DNA of 40,868 bases from Candidatus Segetimicrobium genomatis (GTDB taxonomy: Bacteria > Sysuimicrobiota > Sysuimicrobiia > Sysuimicrobiales > Kaftiobacteriaceae): contig VBAL01000111.1 of NCBI GenBank assembly GCA_005888595.1, positions 9,450 through 50,317 on the forward strand. Reading direction: 5' to 3'. Position numbers and translations under genes: made by a program. Every line of letters begins with the position of its first letter. Positions within the stretch are counted from its first letter, which is position 1. This document shows, in pieces, positions 29,592-37,413 of the stretch. The notes under the pieces were generated by a model. That model had not been told where the DNA came from. It did no database searches and worked only from the letters and a program-made list of their open reading frames with translations.

Positions 29592-29775
29592 GTCGAGAGA
29601 GGCGCGAGCCTAGCGGCAAAATAGCCGATTCAAAAGCCGTCGCGCGTGGAGTCTGAGAGCCAGGGGAACTTCACTTCGGGAGTAATCCCGGAGAGGGGGC
29701 TTCAGGCGGTAAGACCCGGCGGCGCGGTAGAAGACGGTGAAACGTCGCTGGATCTTGCGCCTCTTTCACTTTGAC
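29592..29775 (+). ncRNA. ssrS: Probable 6S RNA-like rod-shaped RNA
   Basis: 14-bp terminal stem gagagaggcgcgag/cttgcgcctctttc; ctagcggc/gtcgctgg; A-rich central bubble; gccgtcg/cggcggc; gtctga-g-agcc/ggct-tcaggc; apical GUAA-capped hairpin. G-U pairs favour the + strand; about 180 nt; promoter directly upstream. Confidence 0.55.
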
Positions 29776-29783
29776 AACGAAAT

Positions 29784-29873
29784 AACGCAGTCGAGCGGTC
29801 GCGGTAACTCCAAGGCGAGCGGTGCATGGCGAGACTGCGAGACTGCCCGACCGCCTGACTGCGCGACCGCGTT
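29784..29873. repeat. Inverted octamer arrays (GCRGTC-NN)n ... (GACYGC-NN)n
   Basis: aacgcagtcga gcggtcgc ... gactgcga gactgccc gaccgcct gactgcgc gaccgcgtt. Confidence 0.75.
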
Positions 29874-29875
29874 TC

Positions 29876-30775
29876 TTATCTTCCTGGCCTGACCTCCACC
29901 TTCGCTAACTCCTCGATCAGCGTCACAAGCGCAGAATGGTCTAAGTCACTCCGTTCTAGACCGCGCAGGGCCGTGAACGCTTCCTGCACCACCGCCGTGG
30001 CTGGGAGGGGGACGCCCAGCGCCTTTCCTGTCGACAGGGCGATGTTAAGGTCCTTCTGGTGGAGCCGTACGCGGAAACCGGGTTTGAAGTTCCGCTCCAG
30101 CATCCGCTGGCCATGGACATCAAGAATGCGGCTCTGCGCAAATCCGCCGAGGAGAGCCTGCCGCACTTTCGCCGGGTCCACCCCCGCTTTGGCGGCAAGG
30201 ACCAGGGCTTCGCTGACGGCCTGAATCGTGAGGGCCACCACGATCTGGTTGCACGCCTTGGCCACCTGACCGGCCCCGGCCCCGCCGATGTGCACGATGT
30301 TCTTGCCCAACGTTTCAAACACCGGACGCACGCGCGTGAAAACCGGCTCAGGACCGCCCACCATGATGGACAGGGTCGCTTCGATCGCACCCTTCTCGCC
30401 TCCACTGACCGGCGCGTCCAGCATCTGGGCACCTTTGGCCGTTACTGCGTTGGCGATCTCTTGGGTGACAAGCGGCGAGATCGTGCTCATGTCGACCAGC
30501 ACAGAACCGGGCCGGATGCCTTCCAGCACACCGTCACGCCCGAGAACAACCTGCTGGACATCCGGGGAGTCGGGGAGCATGGTGATGACGAAATCGCTTT
30601 GCTGGGCAACCCCCCGTGGCGATTTTCCATCGGCGGCGCCGGCTCCGACCAGTTCGTCCACGGGCGCACGGCTGCGGCTGTGGACGATCAGCGGATGACC
30701 CGATTTGAGCAGGTTGCGGGCCATAGGTTTGCCCATGATGCCCAGTCCGATAAAACCGATTCTTTCCTTAGCCAT
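29876..30775 (-). CDS. garR: 2-hydroxy-3-oxopropionate (tartronate semialdehyde) reductase
   Basis: GFIGLGIMGKPMA, MLPDSPDV, DAPVSGG, KACNQI and FKPGFRVRLHQKDL (GarR/GlxR-type). Confidence 0.88.
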   Translation of the reverse strand: MAKERIGFIGLGIMGKPMARNLLKSGHPLIVHSRSRAPVDELVGAGAADGKSPRGVAQQSDFVITMLPDSPDVQQVVLGRDGVLEGIRPGSVLVDMSTISPLVTQEIANAVTAKGAQMLDAPVSGGEKGAIEATLSIMVGGPEPVFTRVRPVFETLGKNIVHIGGAGAGQVAKACNQIVVALTIQAVSEALVLAAKAGVDPAKVRQALLGGFAQSRILDVHGQRMLERNFKPGFRVRLHQKDLNIALSTGKALGVPLPATAVVQEAFTALRGLERSDLDHSALVTLIEELAKVEVRPGR

Positions 30776-30797
30776 TCGGATGACCTCCTCGAACGAG

Positions 30798-30958
30798 AAC
30801 TGCGTCTACAAAGTCTACTATGTCTACTACGTCTACTACGTCTACTGCGTCTACTAGGTCTACTAGGTCTACCAGGTCTTCAAGAGTCGGCTCGTAGACA
30901 TAGTAGACTCAGAAGACGTTGTAGACTTTGTAGACATCACTTTGGATCAAGTAGACGC
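30798..30958. repeat. Inverted 9-mer arrays (GTCTAC-NNN)n ... (GTAGAC-NNN)n
   Basis: aactgc gtctacaaa gtctactat gtctactac ... gtagacata gtagactca gaagacgtt gtagacttt ...; about 9 units in the left arm. Confidence 0.93.
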
Positions 30959-30966
30959 CTTTGGGA

Positions 30967-32637
30967 TCATAGGGCAGTGGTACGTTGAAGGGAGCGCAGC
31001 GCGGTGCGTTCTCTGTCGACCACGGCCTCCCACGCCGCCCGCTGCCGCAATTTCTCCGCGCCGTCCCACCCACGCCCCGCTGACATCAGGTCAGCGACAC
31101 GCGCCGCAGCCGCCTGACCGGCATCCTCGCAGAGAATACTCAACCGCGTGCGCAAGAACATCATATCAGCGAGCGTTAACGCCATCTCGTGCCGGCAGGC
31201 GTAGACGACTTCCGCGGCCAGCACCGGCAACTCTTCGGCCAGTGGAGCCCGGAGCGCGGCGTCCCCGTTGGCGATGGCCAGGACGTCGGCCGCGGCGGCT
31301 CCATACGCGGCCAGGAGATGCTGCTGTACCTTGCGGGGAAGACCCTCACGCGCCAGCGCCTTGCGCGCGGCATCCAGACCCTCCGCATCCGCCAGCGGCA
31401 GCGTCGCAGTCCGGCACGGCCGTCGCTCCCCATCGCGCCGCGCCAGCACGTCGACGGTATCTTCGGCCATCTTGCGGTAACTGGTCAGCTTCCCTCCCAC
31501 GATGCTCACAAGTCCCCGTGGGGACTCAACGACGGCATGCTCCCGCGGTAGATCCGCCGACGACCGGCTGCCGGCTTCCACCAGCGGGCGGAGCCCAGCG
31601 TAAACCCCCAGAACATCGGCGGCCTCCACGGCCTGCCGTAACACACGGTTGGCCTGACGGAGGAGAAATGCGACGTCCGCCTCGGTCGCGGCCGGTGCGT
31701 CGATCTGGCCGTCGTAACTATCGTCGGTGGTACCGAGGATGACGCGGCCCGACCAGGGCACGAGAAAGGCCAGCCGGCCATCGTCGGTCTGCGGGATCAG
31801 CACGGCGGTCTCCGCCGGCAGCACCTCGCCCTGCAGCACCAGATGCACACCTTTGCTCGGCCGGATTCTAAACTGGGGCGGTCCATCCATCGACGCGGCC
31901 CGTTCAGCCCAGACGCCGGTGGCGTTCACGACGTGGCGGGCGCGCACGTCAACCGTTCGCCCGGTGAGCCCGTCTTCCACCCGGGCGCCCGCAACGCGAC
32001 CCTGCGCATACGCGAACGACCGGGCCAGGGCGTAATTCGCTGTCGCAGCTCCAAATCGCCGTGCCACAGCCAGAACACTCAGTGTCAGGCGGACGTCATC
32101 GGTGCGGGCGTCATGGAATAGAAACGCCGCGCGTAACCCGTCGGTCGATAGCGCCGGCACCAGCGAAGCCGCGTCCTCTGCCGTGAGCCGGCGGTGGTGC
32201 AGCGCCGGCATCCGGGCCAGACGGTCATACATCCACAGAACCGCCCTGACTCCCCAGGGGACGGCAGGCTGGAGGAACGCGGGAACGTGAACACCGAACG
32301 GCCGGGTCAGCCCGTCATAGAGCGGAATGAGAAATGGCTGCGGCCGGACCAGGTGCGGGGCGAGTCGCAGCAACCGCGCGCGTTCGCGGAGCGCCTCGCC
32401 GACGAGTTTCAGCTGACCGCGGGCCAGGTACCGGATGCCGCCGTGGATCAACTTGGTGGACCGGCTGCTGGTCCCGCTGGCGAAGTCCGCCTGCTCGACG
32501 AGCCCCACGCGGTAGCCGCGTGTGGCCGCATCCAGCGCCACCCCCGCGCCGGTGATCCCGCCGCCGATCACTAACACGTCCAACGGCCGCTCAAGGGCGG
32601 CGATCTGTTCTTCGCGGGACAGCACGACACTCTCCAA
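30967..32637 (-). CDS. glpD: FAD-dependent glycerol-3-phosphate dehydrogenase
   Basis: IGGGITGAG, GTSSRSTKLIHGGIRYL and GGKLTSYRKMAE motifs. Confidence 0.93.
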   Translation of the reverse strand: MESVVLSREEQIAALERPLDVLVIGGGITGAGVALDAATRGYRVGLVEQADFASGTSSRSTKLIHGGIRYLARGQLKLVGEALRERARLLRLAPHLVRPQPFLIPLYDGLTRPFGVHVPAFLQPAVPWGVRAVLWMYDRLARMPALHHRRLTAEDAASLVPALSTDGLRAAFLFHDARTDDVRLTLSVLAVARRFGAATANYALARSFAYAQGRVAGARVEDGLTGRTVDVRARHVVNATGVWAERAASMDGPPQFRIRPSKGVHLVLQGEVLPAETAVLIPQTDDGRLAFLVPWSGRVILGTTDDSYDGQIDAPAATEADVAFLLRQANRVLRQAVEAADVLGVYAGLRPLVEAGSRSSADLPREHAVVESPRGLVSIVGGKLTSYRKMAEDTVDVLARRDGERRPCRTATLPLADAEGLDAARKALAREGLPRKVQQHLLAAYGAAAADVLAIANGDAALRAPLAEELPVLAAEVVYACRHEMALTLADMMFLRTRLSILCEDAGQAAAARVADLMSAGRGWDGAEKLRQRAAWEAVVDRERTALRSLQRTTAL

Positions 32638-32736
32638 CTACGTCTTCTTGGTCTACTGAGTCTCCCTGGTCTACTTGGTCTCCGTAACTCTTGCGGACTA
32701 AGTAGACTAAGAAGACCAAGTAGACTAAGGAGACGT
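32636..32736. repeat. Inverted 9-mer arrays (GTCT-family)
   Basis: aactac gtcttcttg gtctactga gtctccctg gtctacttg gtctcc ... gtagactaa gaagaccaa gtagactaa ggagac; contains the stop of the first GDPD gene. Confidence 0.9.
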
Positions 32737-33459
32737 TTTTAAGCGCGCCAGCATCTTGCGAATCAATGTGGGGTCATCCGCGATGATGCCATCAACGCCG
32801 ACGCGTAATGCCTGGCGTGCTTCCTCCTCCGTACGCACGGTCCAGGTGATCACACGCAACCCGTGACTCCGGCAGGAGGCGACCACATCGGCGGTCAATG
32901 CCGTGACCTCAGGCAGATACGCGGTCGCCCGGACAGACACCGCGGCGTACGGATCTGCGGCCGACTGCAGCAACCCTGCCGGCATTTCCGGAGCCAGATC
33001 CCGGACGTGCGCCACGACCTGCGCGTCGAAGGACGAGATAAGCACTGAGTCCACCATCTGCATCTTCTTGATGAGGTCGAGGAGCGCCGCCTCGACCCCT
33101 GCGGCCTTCACCTCGACATCAACCAGCAAGCGGCCCCCCAACGCCTCAAAGACTTTGGACAGCAGCGGAATCCGCTCTCCGCGAAACGGCGGACCGAACT
33201 TCCGTCCGGCGTCGAAGCGGCGCAACTGGTCCAGCGTCAGCGCTGCAACCCTACCGGTGCCATCAGTGGTGCGATCGACCGAGGCATCGTGGATGACCAC
33301 GAGCTGACCGTCGACCGTCCGGCGGACATCGAGCTCGACAGCGTCCGCACCGAGATCGGCGGCCAGTCGGAACGCCGCCAGGGTATTCTCAGGCGCGGCG
33401 GCAGACGCACCGCGGTGCGCGATCACCAGACAGCGGTCCGATTCGAGCCACTTGTTCAT
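32725..33459 (-). CDS. Glycerophosphodiester phosphodiesterase (GlpQ/UgpQ family)
   Basis: IAHRGAS, PENTLAAF, ELDV, VIHD and WTV motifs; ATG at 33459. Confidence 0.93.
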   Translation of the reverse strand: MNKWLESDRCLVIAHRGASAAAPENTLAAFRLAADLGADAVELDVRRTVDGQLVVIHDASVDRTTDGTGRVAALTLDQLRRFDAGRKFGPPFRGERIPLLSKVFEALGGRLLVDVEVKAAGVEAALLDLIKKMQMVDSVLISSFDAQVVAHVRDLAPEMPAGLLQSAADPYAAVSVRATAYLPEVTALTADVVASCRSHGLRVITWTVRTEEEARQALRVGVDGIIADDPTLIRKMLARLKTSP

Positions 33460-33483
33460 ACTTGCACTACAGAGAGTCCTTTT

Positions 33484-33567
33484 TCCGTCATTGCGAGGAG
33501 CGAAGCGACGAAGCAATCTCCTGCAGGAAGGAGATCGCCACGCCCCTGCGGGGCTCGCGATGACGGA
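33484..33567. repeat. Palindromic REP/RPE-like element (GTCATTGCGAG ... CTCGCRATGAC type)
   Basis: tccgtcattgcgaggagcgaagcgacgaagcaatctc ... gagatcgccacgcccctgcggggctcgcgatgacgga; nested inverted repeats. Confidence 0.8.
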
Positions 33568-33590
33568 TCACCTGTTGTCTCCTGAGAACA

Positions 33591-34505
33591 TCATCCTTCG
33601 ACCAGCGCCGCCAGTTGCACCGCCGTATCGGTGGTGATCTGGTCCACGCCGGCGTGGAGCACTGCCTGCAGAGTCTCCGCCGCCCCAGACGCATCGGCGT
33701 CGAGCGTCCACGTGTCGATGAGCACACTACCGAGCTGGCGCCTGATGATCTCCACGGGATTGATCCCATCGGCGATCGCGCGGAGGATCAACTCCACGCG
33801 CAGGTAAATTTCCACGGCGCCCGGCAGCAGGCGACACAGACTCTCGATGCGATCCTCCAGGTAGGCGCGCACCGGCATGACCTGCATGTAGCCGAGAGGA
33901 TGATCGTCCAGGTACCCGTACACGTTGACGCGCAAGGGCAGTCGGGGAAACTCGGGGGCCGGCGCATCCAGATACAGAGCGAAATCGAGACCGACGGACA
34001 GGGTGGAATCGAGCCGCCGGAGCGTGCGCAGGTTCCAGTCCCCGAGGCACCCGACGACGACATTCAGTTGTGGGTTCGCGCGTAGGGGCTCAATGGCCCG
34101 CAGGAAGCGGCCGGCCTCCTCCTTGGGAAAAGGGATCTCATCTTTCAGGTCGATCTGTACCTTCAGCGGGCGGCGATGCCCTGCCAGAACCTGTGACAGG
34201 TCTGACAGGAGAGCGATAGACTCCTCAGATCCTCTCAGCCGGATGGTCTTTGCCGCCGCCCTGGTGATGTGGCGCACCGCACCGGTCCCCGTCGTCTCAC
34301 GCTCCAGGGTGTCGTCATGGATGAGCAGGTAATCCCCGCCCTCGATGGCGTGGACGTCGAACTCGATGACCTCAGCCCCGCCCTGCAGAAGCTCGCGGAG
34401 CGCGGACAGACTGTTGGGCGGAGAGGCGCCGGTCCCGGACAATAGCCGGTGATACTTCAACAGGACGCGCTGCCCGCCCGATGAGATGGCTCCGGGCAAA
34501 GTCAC
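33591..34505 (-). CDS. Divergent glycerophosphodiester phosphodiesterase family protein
   Basis: YHRL, PPNSLSAL, IEFDV, LIHDDTL, WTLD and DQITTD motifs, with a large central insertion. Confidence 0.8.
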   Translation of the reverse strand: MTLPGAISSGGQRVLLKYHRLLSGTGASPPNSLSALRELLQGGAEVIEFDVHAIEGGDYLLIHDDTLERETTGTGAVRHITRAAAKTIRLRGSEESIALLSDLSQVLAGHRRPLKVQIDLKDEIPFPKEEAGRFLRAIEPLRANPQLNVVVGCLGDWNLRTLRRLDSTLSVGLDFALYLDAPAPEFPRLPLRVNVYGYLDDHPLGYMQVMPVRAYLEDRIESLCRLLPGAVEIYLRVELILRAIADGINPVEIIRRQLGSVLIDTWTLDADASGAAETLQAVLHAGVDQITTDTAVQLAALVEG

Positions 34506-35287
34506 CGCCGAAACCCCATCATCTCAATCCAGCCGAAGGACGCATCGGTCGGTCCGGAGGGTTTGTACTCGAGCCCGACGTAGCCCTCATAGCCCATCGC
34601 GTCCAGCTGCTTAAGCACATACGGAAAGTTGATCTCGCCCGTGCCGGGTTCATGCCGGTCCGGAGAGTCGGCCACCTGCACGTGGCCGAGGCGTTCCCGC
34701 AGCCGCGCCATGGTGTGAACCAGATTTCCCTCCATGCGCTGCATGTGGTAGATGTCGTACTGAATCCGGGCGTTCGGCGCCCCGACATCATCCAGCAACC
34801 GCACCGCCTGCGCAGAGGTCGACAGGAAGAAACCCGCGATATCGTAGGTATTGATTGGCTCTACCAGCAGGGTGATCCCCTGCGACACCAATTGTCCGGC
34901 CGCGTAGCGGAGGTTGTCCACCAGGCACCGCCACTGCTCCTCGTATGCGAGGTGTTCGTCGCGCTTACCGACCAGACAGTTCACGCGCCGGCAACGGTAC
35001 CGCCGGGCCAGCTCCAGTGCCTGCCCTACTCCCCGGCGGAACTCTTCCCGGCGGCCAGGATGCACAGCCACTCCGCGATCTCCGGCCGCCCAGTCACCGG
35101 CCGGGAGGTTAAAGAGCACTTGTTCCAGCTTCAGACGATCCAGCGCCCGCGCAATGCCGTCGGTGTCTTCCTGATAGGGGAACATGTACTCCACCGCGCG
35201 GAAGCCATTGCGGGCGGCGGCGTCAAACCGCTCCAGGAAGGGCAGGTCACCGAACAGCATCGTGAGATTGGCAGCGAATTTTGGCAT
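34502..35287 (-). CDS. hyi: Hydroxypyruvate isomerase family protein
   Basis: MPKFAANLTMLF, VEPIN, YDIYHMQ, HVQVAD, RHEPGTGEIN and GLEYKP motifs. Confidence 0.9.
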   Translation of the reverse strand: MPKFAANLTMLFGDLPFLERFDAAARNGFRAVEYMFPYQEDTDGIARALDRLKLEQVLFNLPAGDWAAGDRGVAVHPGRREEFRRGVGQALELARRYRCRRVNCLVGKRDEHLAYEEQWRCLVDNLRYAAGQLVSQGITLLVEPINTYDIAGFFLSTSAQAVRLLDDVGAPNARIQYDIYHMQRMEGNLVHTMARLRERLGHVQVADSPDRHEPGTGEINFPYVLKQLDAMGYEGYVGLEYKPSGPTDASFGWIEMMGFRR

Positions 35288-35297
35288 GCACCCTCCT

Positions 35298-36497
35298 TCA
35301 GATCGGCGTCCGGGCAGCCGGCGCCAGTCGCGCGTACTGCGGCAGCGGGCCGACCAGCGGCCGGATATAGTCCATATACGCGGAGGTGACATCGTAACCG
35401 GAGGGAGCGATGAACTCCTCCGGCACGCGGCGGATGTCCCCTACCACCCGGTCCAGCGGCACCGCGCCGGTCGTACTCCGATAGACCGGACCCCGCTCGC
35501 GAACGAGCGTCATCATCGTGCCGCCGCGTCCGGCCACCGCCTCGCGCACCGCCGCCTGTCCGACCCGGTAGGCTTCCTCGGCATCCACACGAGAGGACAG
35601 GAGGGCAGAGACGCGCTGCATCGTACCGGGCTTGTCGAACCGGGCCTTGATCTGCAGATGCGTCATCACCAGATCGCACAGCACCGCGCCGACGCCGCCG
35701 AACTGTGGCCGCCCCAGCGGATCGGCTTCGACGGGTCGCTGAGATGCCGCCAGGAACTGCCCGCGCTCATCGACCAGCCCTTCGGCGGCCGCGATGAGCA
35801 CATGCCCGCGCTCGCGATGGACGCGTTCCACGTCGGCGAGGAATCGCTGCCTGACAAACGGACGCTCCGGCAGATAGATCAAGTGCGGCGCGTCACCCTC
35901 TCGCTGGCGCGCCAGCGCCGTACTGGCCGCCACCCACCCGGTGTGACGGCCCATCGTCTCGACCACCTTCACCGGATCGGCCGTGCCGATGGCTTCGGTG
36001 TCAAGCCCCGCTTCGCGGACCGATACCGCCAGCCATCGCGCCACGCTGGGATGCCCGGGGCAGTGATCAGTCTCGACCAGGTCGTTGTCGATTGTTTTGG
36101 GAATCGCGATGACCCACAGGTCGTACCGCAGGTCCGCCGCCCGGCGATGCAGCCTGAGCGCCGTCGCCGCAGACCCGTTCCCCCCGATATAAAGGAAGTA
36201 CCGGATGCCGCGGGCCTGGAAGATACGCATGATCCGGTCCACGTCGTCATCGCCCAGACCCGCCCGGGAGGTGCCTAATGCCGCCGACGGGGTGCGGCGC
36301 AGTTCCTCCAGCATTTCGGAGGACACGCGGCGCAGGTCGACCAGGTCTTCCCGTAGGAGTCCCAGCACTCCGAACCGCATGCCGTAGATCTCGCCGATCG
36401 CGTCGTGACGCAGGGCCTCCTGGATTACGGCCACCAGGCTGGCATTGACCACGGCGGTAGGACCGCCGGATTGACCGACAATAAGGTTCCCGCGCAT
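35298..36497 (-). CDS. PfkA-family sugar kinase (PPi-PFK-like clade with GGNGS)
   Basis: GQSGGPTAVVN, GGNGS, PKTIDND and MGR motifs; ATG overlaps the iolO stop. Confidence 0.88.
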   Translation of the reverse strand: MRGNLIVGQSGGPTAVVNASLVAVIQEALRHDAIGEIYGMRFGVLGLLREDLVDLRRVSSEMLEELRRTPSAALGTSRAGLGDDDVDRIMRIFQARGIRYFLYIGGNGSAATALRLHRRAADLRYDLWVIAIPKTIDNDLVETDHCPGHPSVARWLAVSVREAGLDTEAIGTADPVKVVETMGRHTGWVAASTALARQREGDAPHLIYLPERPFVRQRFLADVERVHRERGHVLIAAAEGLVDERGQFLAASQRPVEADPLGRPQFGGVGAVLCDLVMTHLQIKARFDKPGTMQRVSALLSSRVDAEEAYRVGQAAVREAVAGRGGTMMTLVRERGPVYRSTTGAVPLDRVVGDIRRVPEEFIAPSGYDVTSAYMDYIRPLVGPLPQYARLAPAARTPI

Positions 36498-37303
36498 CAC
36501 GCGCTCAACAGCGGACGCAGGTGAGCAATCGCCTGCCGGGCCGCACTTACCGGATCCGGACGCGGCAGGATTTCTGCCGACAGGTACCCCGTATATCCGA
36601 GCTCTCTCAACACGCGGACCAGCGCAGGGAAATCTAGGTGTCCCCACCCGGGGGCATGGCGATTACTGTCTGCGACATGCACATGGCGGAGGCGCGGTCG
36701 GGCGCGGCGGAGACTGCTCTCGATCGACGCCTCTTCGATGTTCATATGGAAGGTGTCCGCGAGGATCCCCAACGCTGGCGAGGCCAGCCGGTTGATGAGA
36801 TCGAGCACTTCATCCATGGTGACGAGGAAGTCGGTCTCGTACCGATTCACTGGCTCGAACACAACAGGAATCTTTTCCCGCTCGGCGAGGGGAAGGATCC
36901 GGCGCAGGGCACCGCTCAGCCGTGCCTCCGTCGCGGCGCGGTCTCCGGTGATCCGCCCCCGTAGCAGGCCCACGATCACCGCCGCGCCAAATACCGTCGC
37001 TATGCGAATGTGTGTCTCCAATCGTTCGATGGCGCGCGCACGGATGCCTTCGTCGGGGTGTGAGAGGCTCAAGCCATCTTTGAGATACGCCTGGCCCGTT
37101 CCGATGGCCGGAACCGCGAGCCCTGCGTCGCGCACCGTCCGCAGCACCGCCTCAGCGTCGACCTGCGAGGGATCGCGCACGGCCAGCTCGACCCCGTCAT
37201 AACCCAGGTCCGCCGCCGTGCGCAGGGCCTCTCGCCATGATCCGCGCATCGCCACCGCGTCGAAACCGGTCTCTTCGAGCGAGACGACGAGGCTCAGCTT
37301 CAC
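36497..37303 (-). CDS. iolO: 5-keto-L-gluconate epimerase (Thermotoga IolO-like)
   Basis: MKLSLVVS..FDAVA, ELAVRDP, AIGTGQAYLKDGLSL, EPVNRYE, DTFHMNIEE and HVADSNR; adjacent to iolN. Confidence 0.85.
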   Translation of the reverse strand: MKLSLVVSLEETGFDAVAMRGSWREALRTAADLGYDGVELAVRDPSQVDAEAVLRTVRDAGLAVPAIGTGQAYLKDGLSLSHPDEGIRARAIERLETHIRIATVFGAAVIVGLLRGRITGDRAATEARLSGALRRILPLAEREKIPVVFEPVNRYETDFLVTMDEVLDLINRLASPALGILADTFHMNIEEASIESSLRRARPRLRHVHVADSNRHAPGWGHLDFPALVRVLRELGYTGYLSAEILPRPDPVSAARQAIAHLRPLLSA

Positions 37304-37315
37304 GGAAAGCTACGC

Positions 37316-37399
37316 CACCAGGGCACCAGGGAACCAGGGGAACCATGCCTGCATGTGACTGTGGCACGCGGTACCTTGGTTCCCTGGTCCCTTGGTCCC
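37316..37399. repeat. Inverted octamer arrays (MACCAGGG)n ... (CCYTGGTY)n
   Basis: caccaggg caccaggg aaccagggg aacc ... ccttggtt ccctggtc ccttggtc. Confidence 0.8.
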
Positions 37400-37413
37400 G
37401 CCGTTGTCTTCAA

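Noticed and set aside
29595-29767. Lysine or c-di-GMP riboswitch (AGAGGCGC, GGCAAA)
   Set aside because: AGAGGCGC is fully paired in the terminal stem, the other conserved elements are absent, and no same-strand gene follows.
29768-29785. rRNA-leader boxA-like CTTTGACAAC
   Set aside because: No rRNA or tRNA gene follows; none was found in the window.
30776-30988. Low-complexity peptides such as LLRLLRLLGLLG, or MLVDLVDLGDMVDFVD upstream of nnr
   Set aside because: These are translations of the 9-mer arrays; the real starts are downstream and have an RBS.
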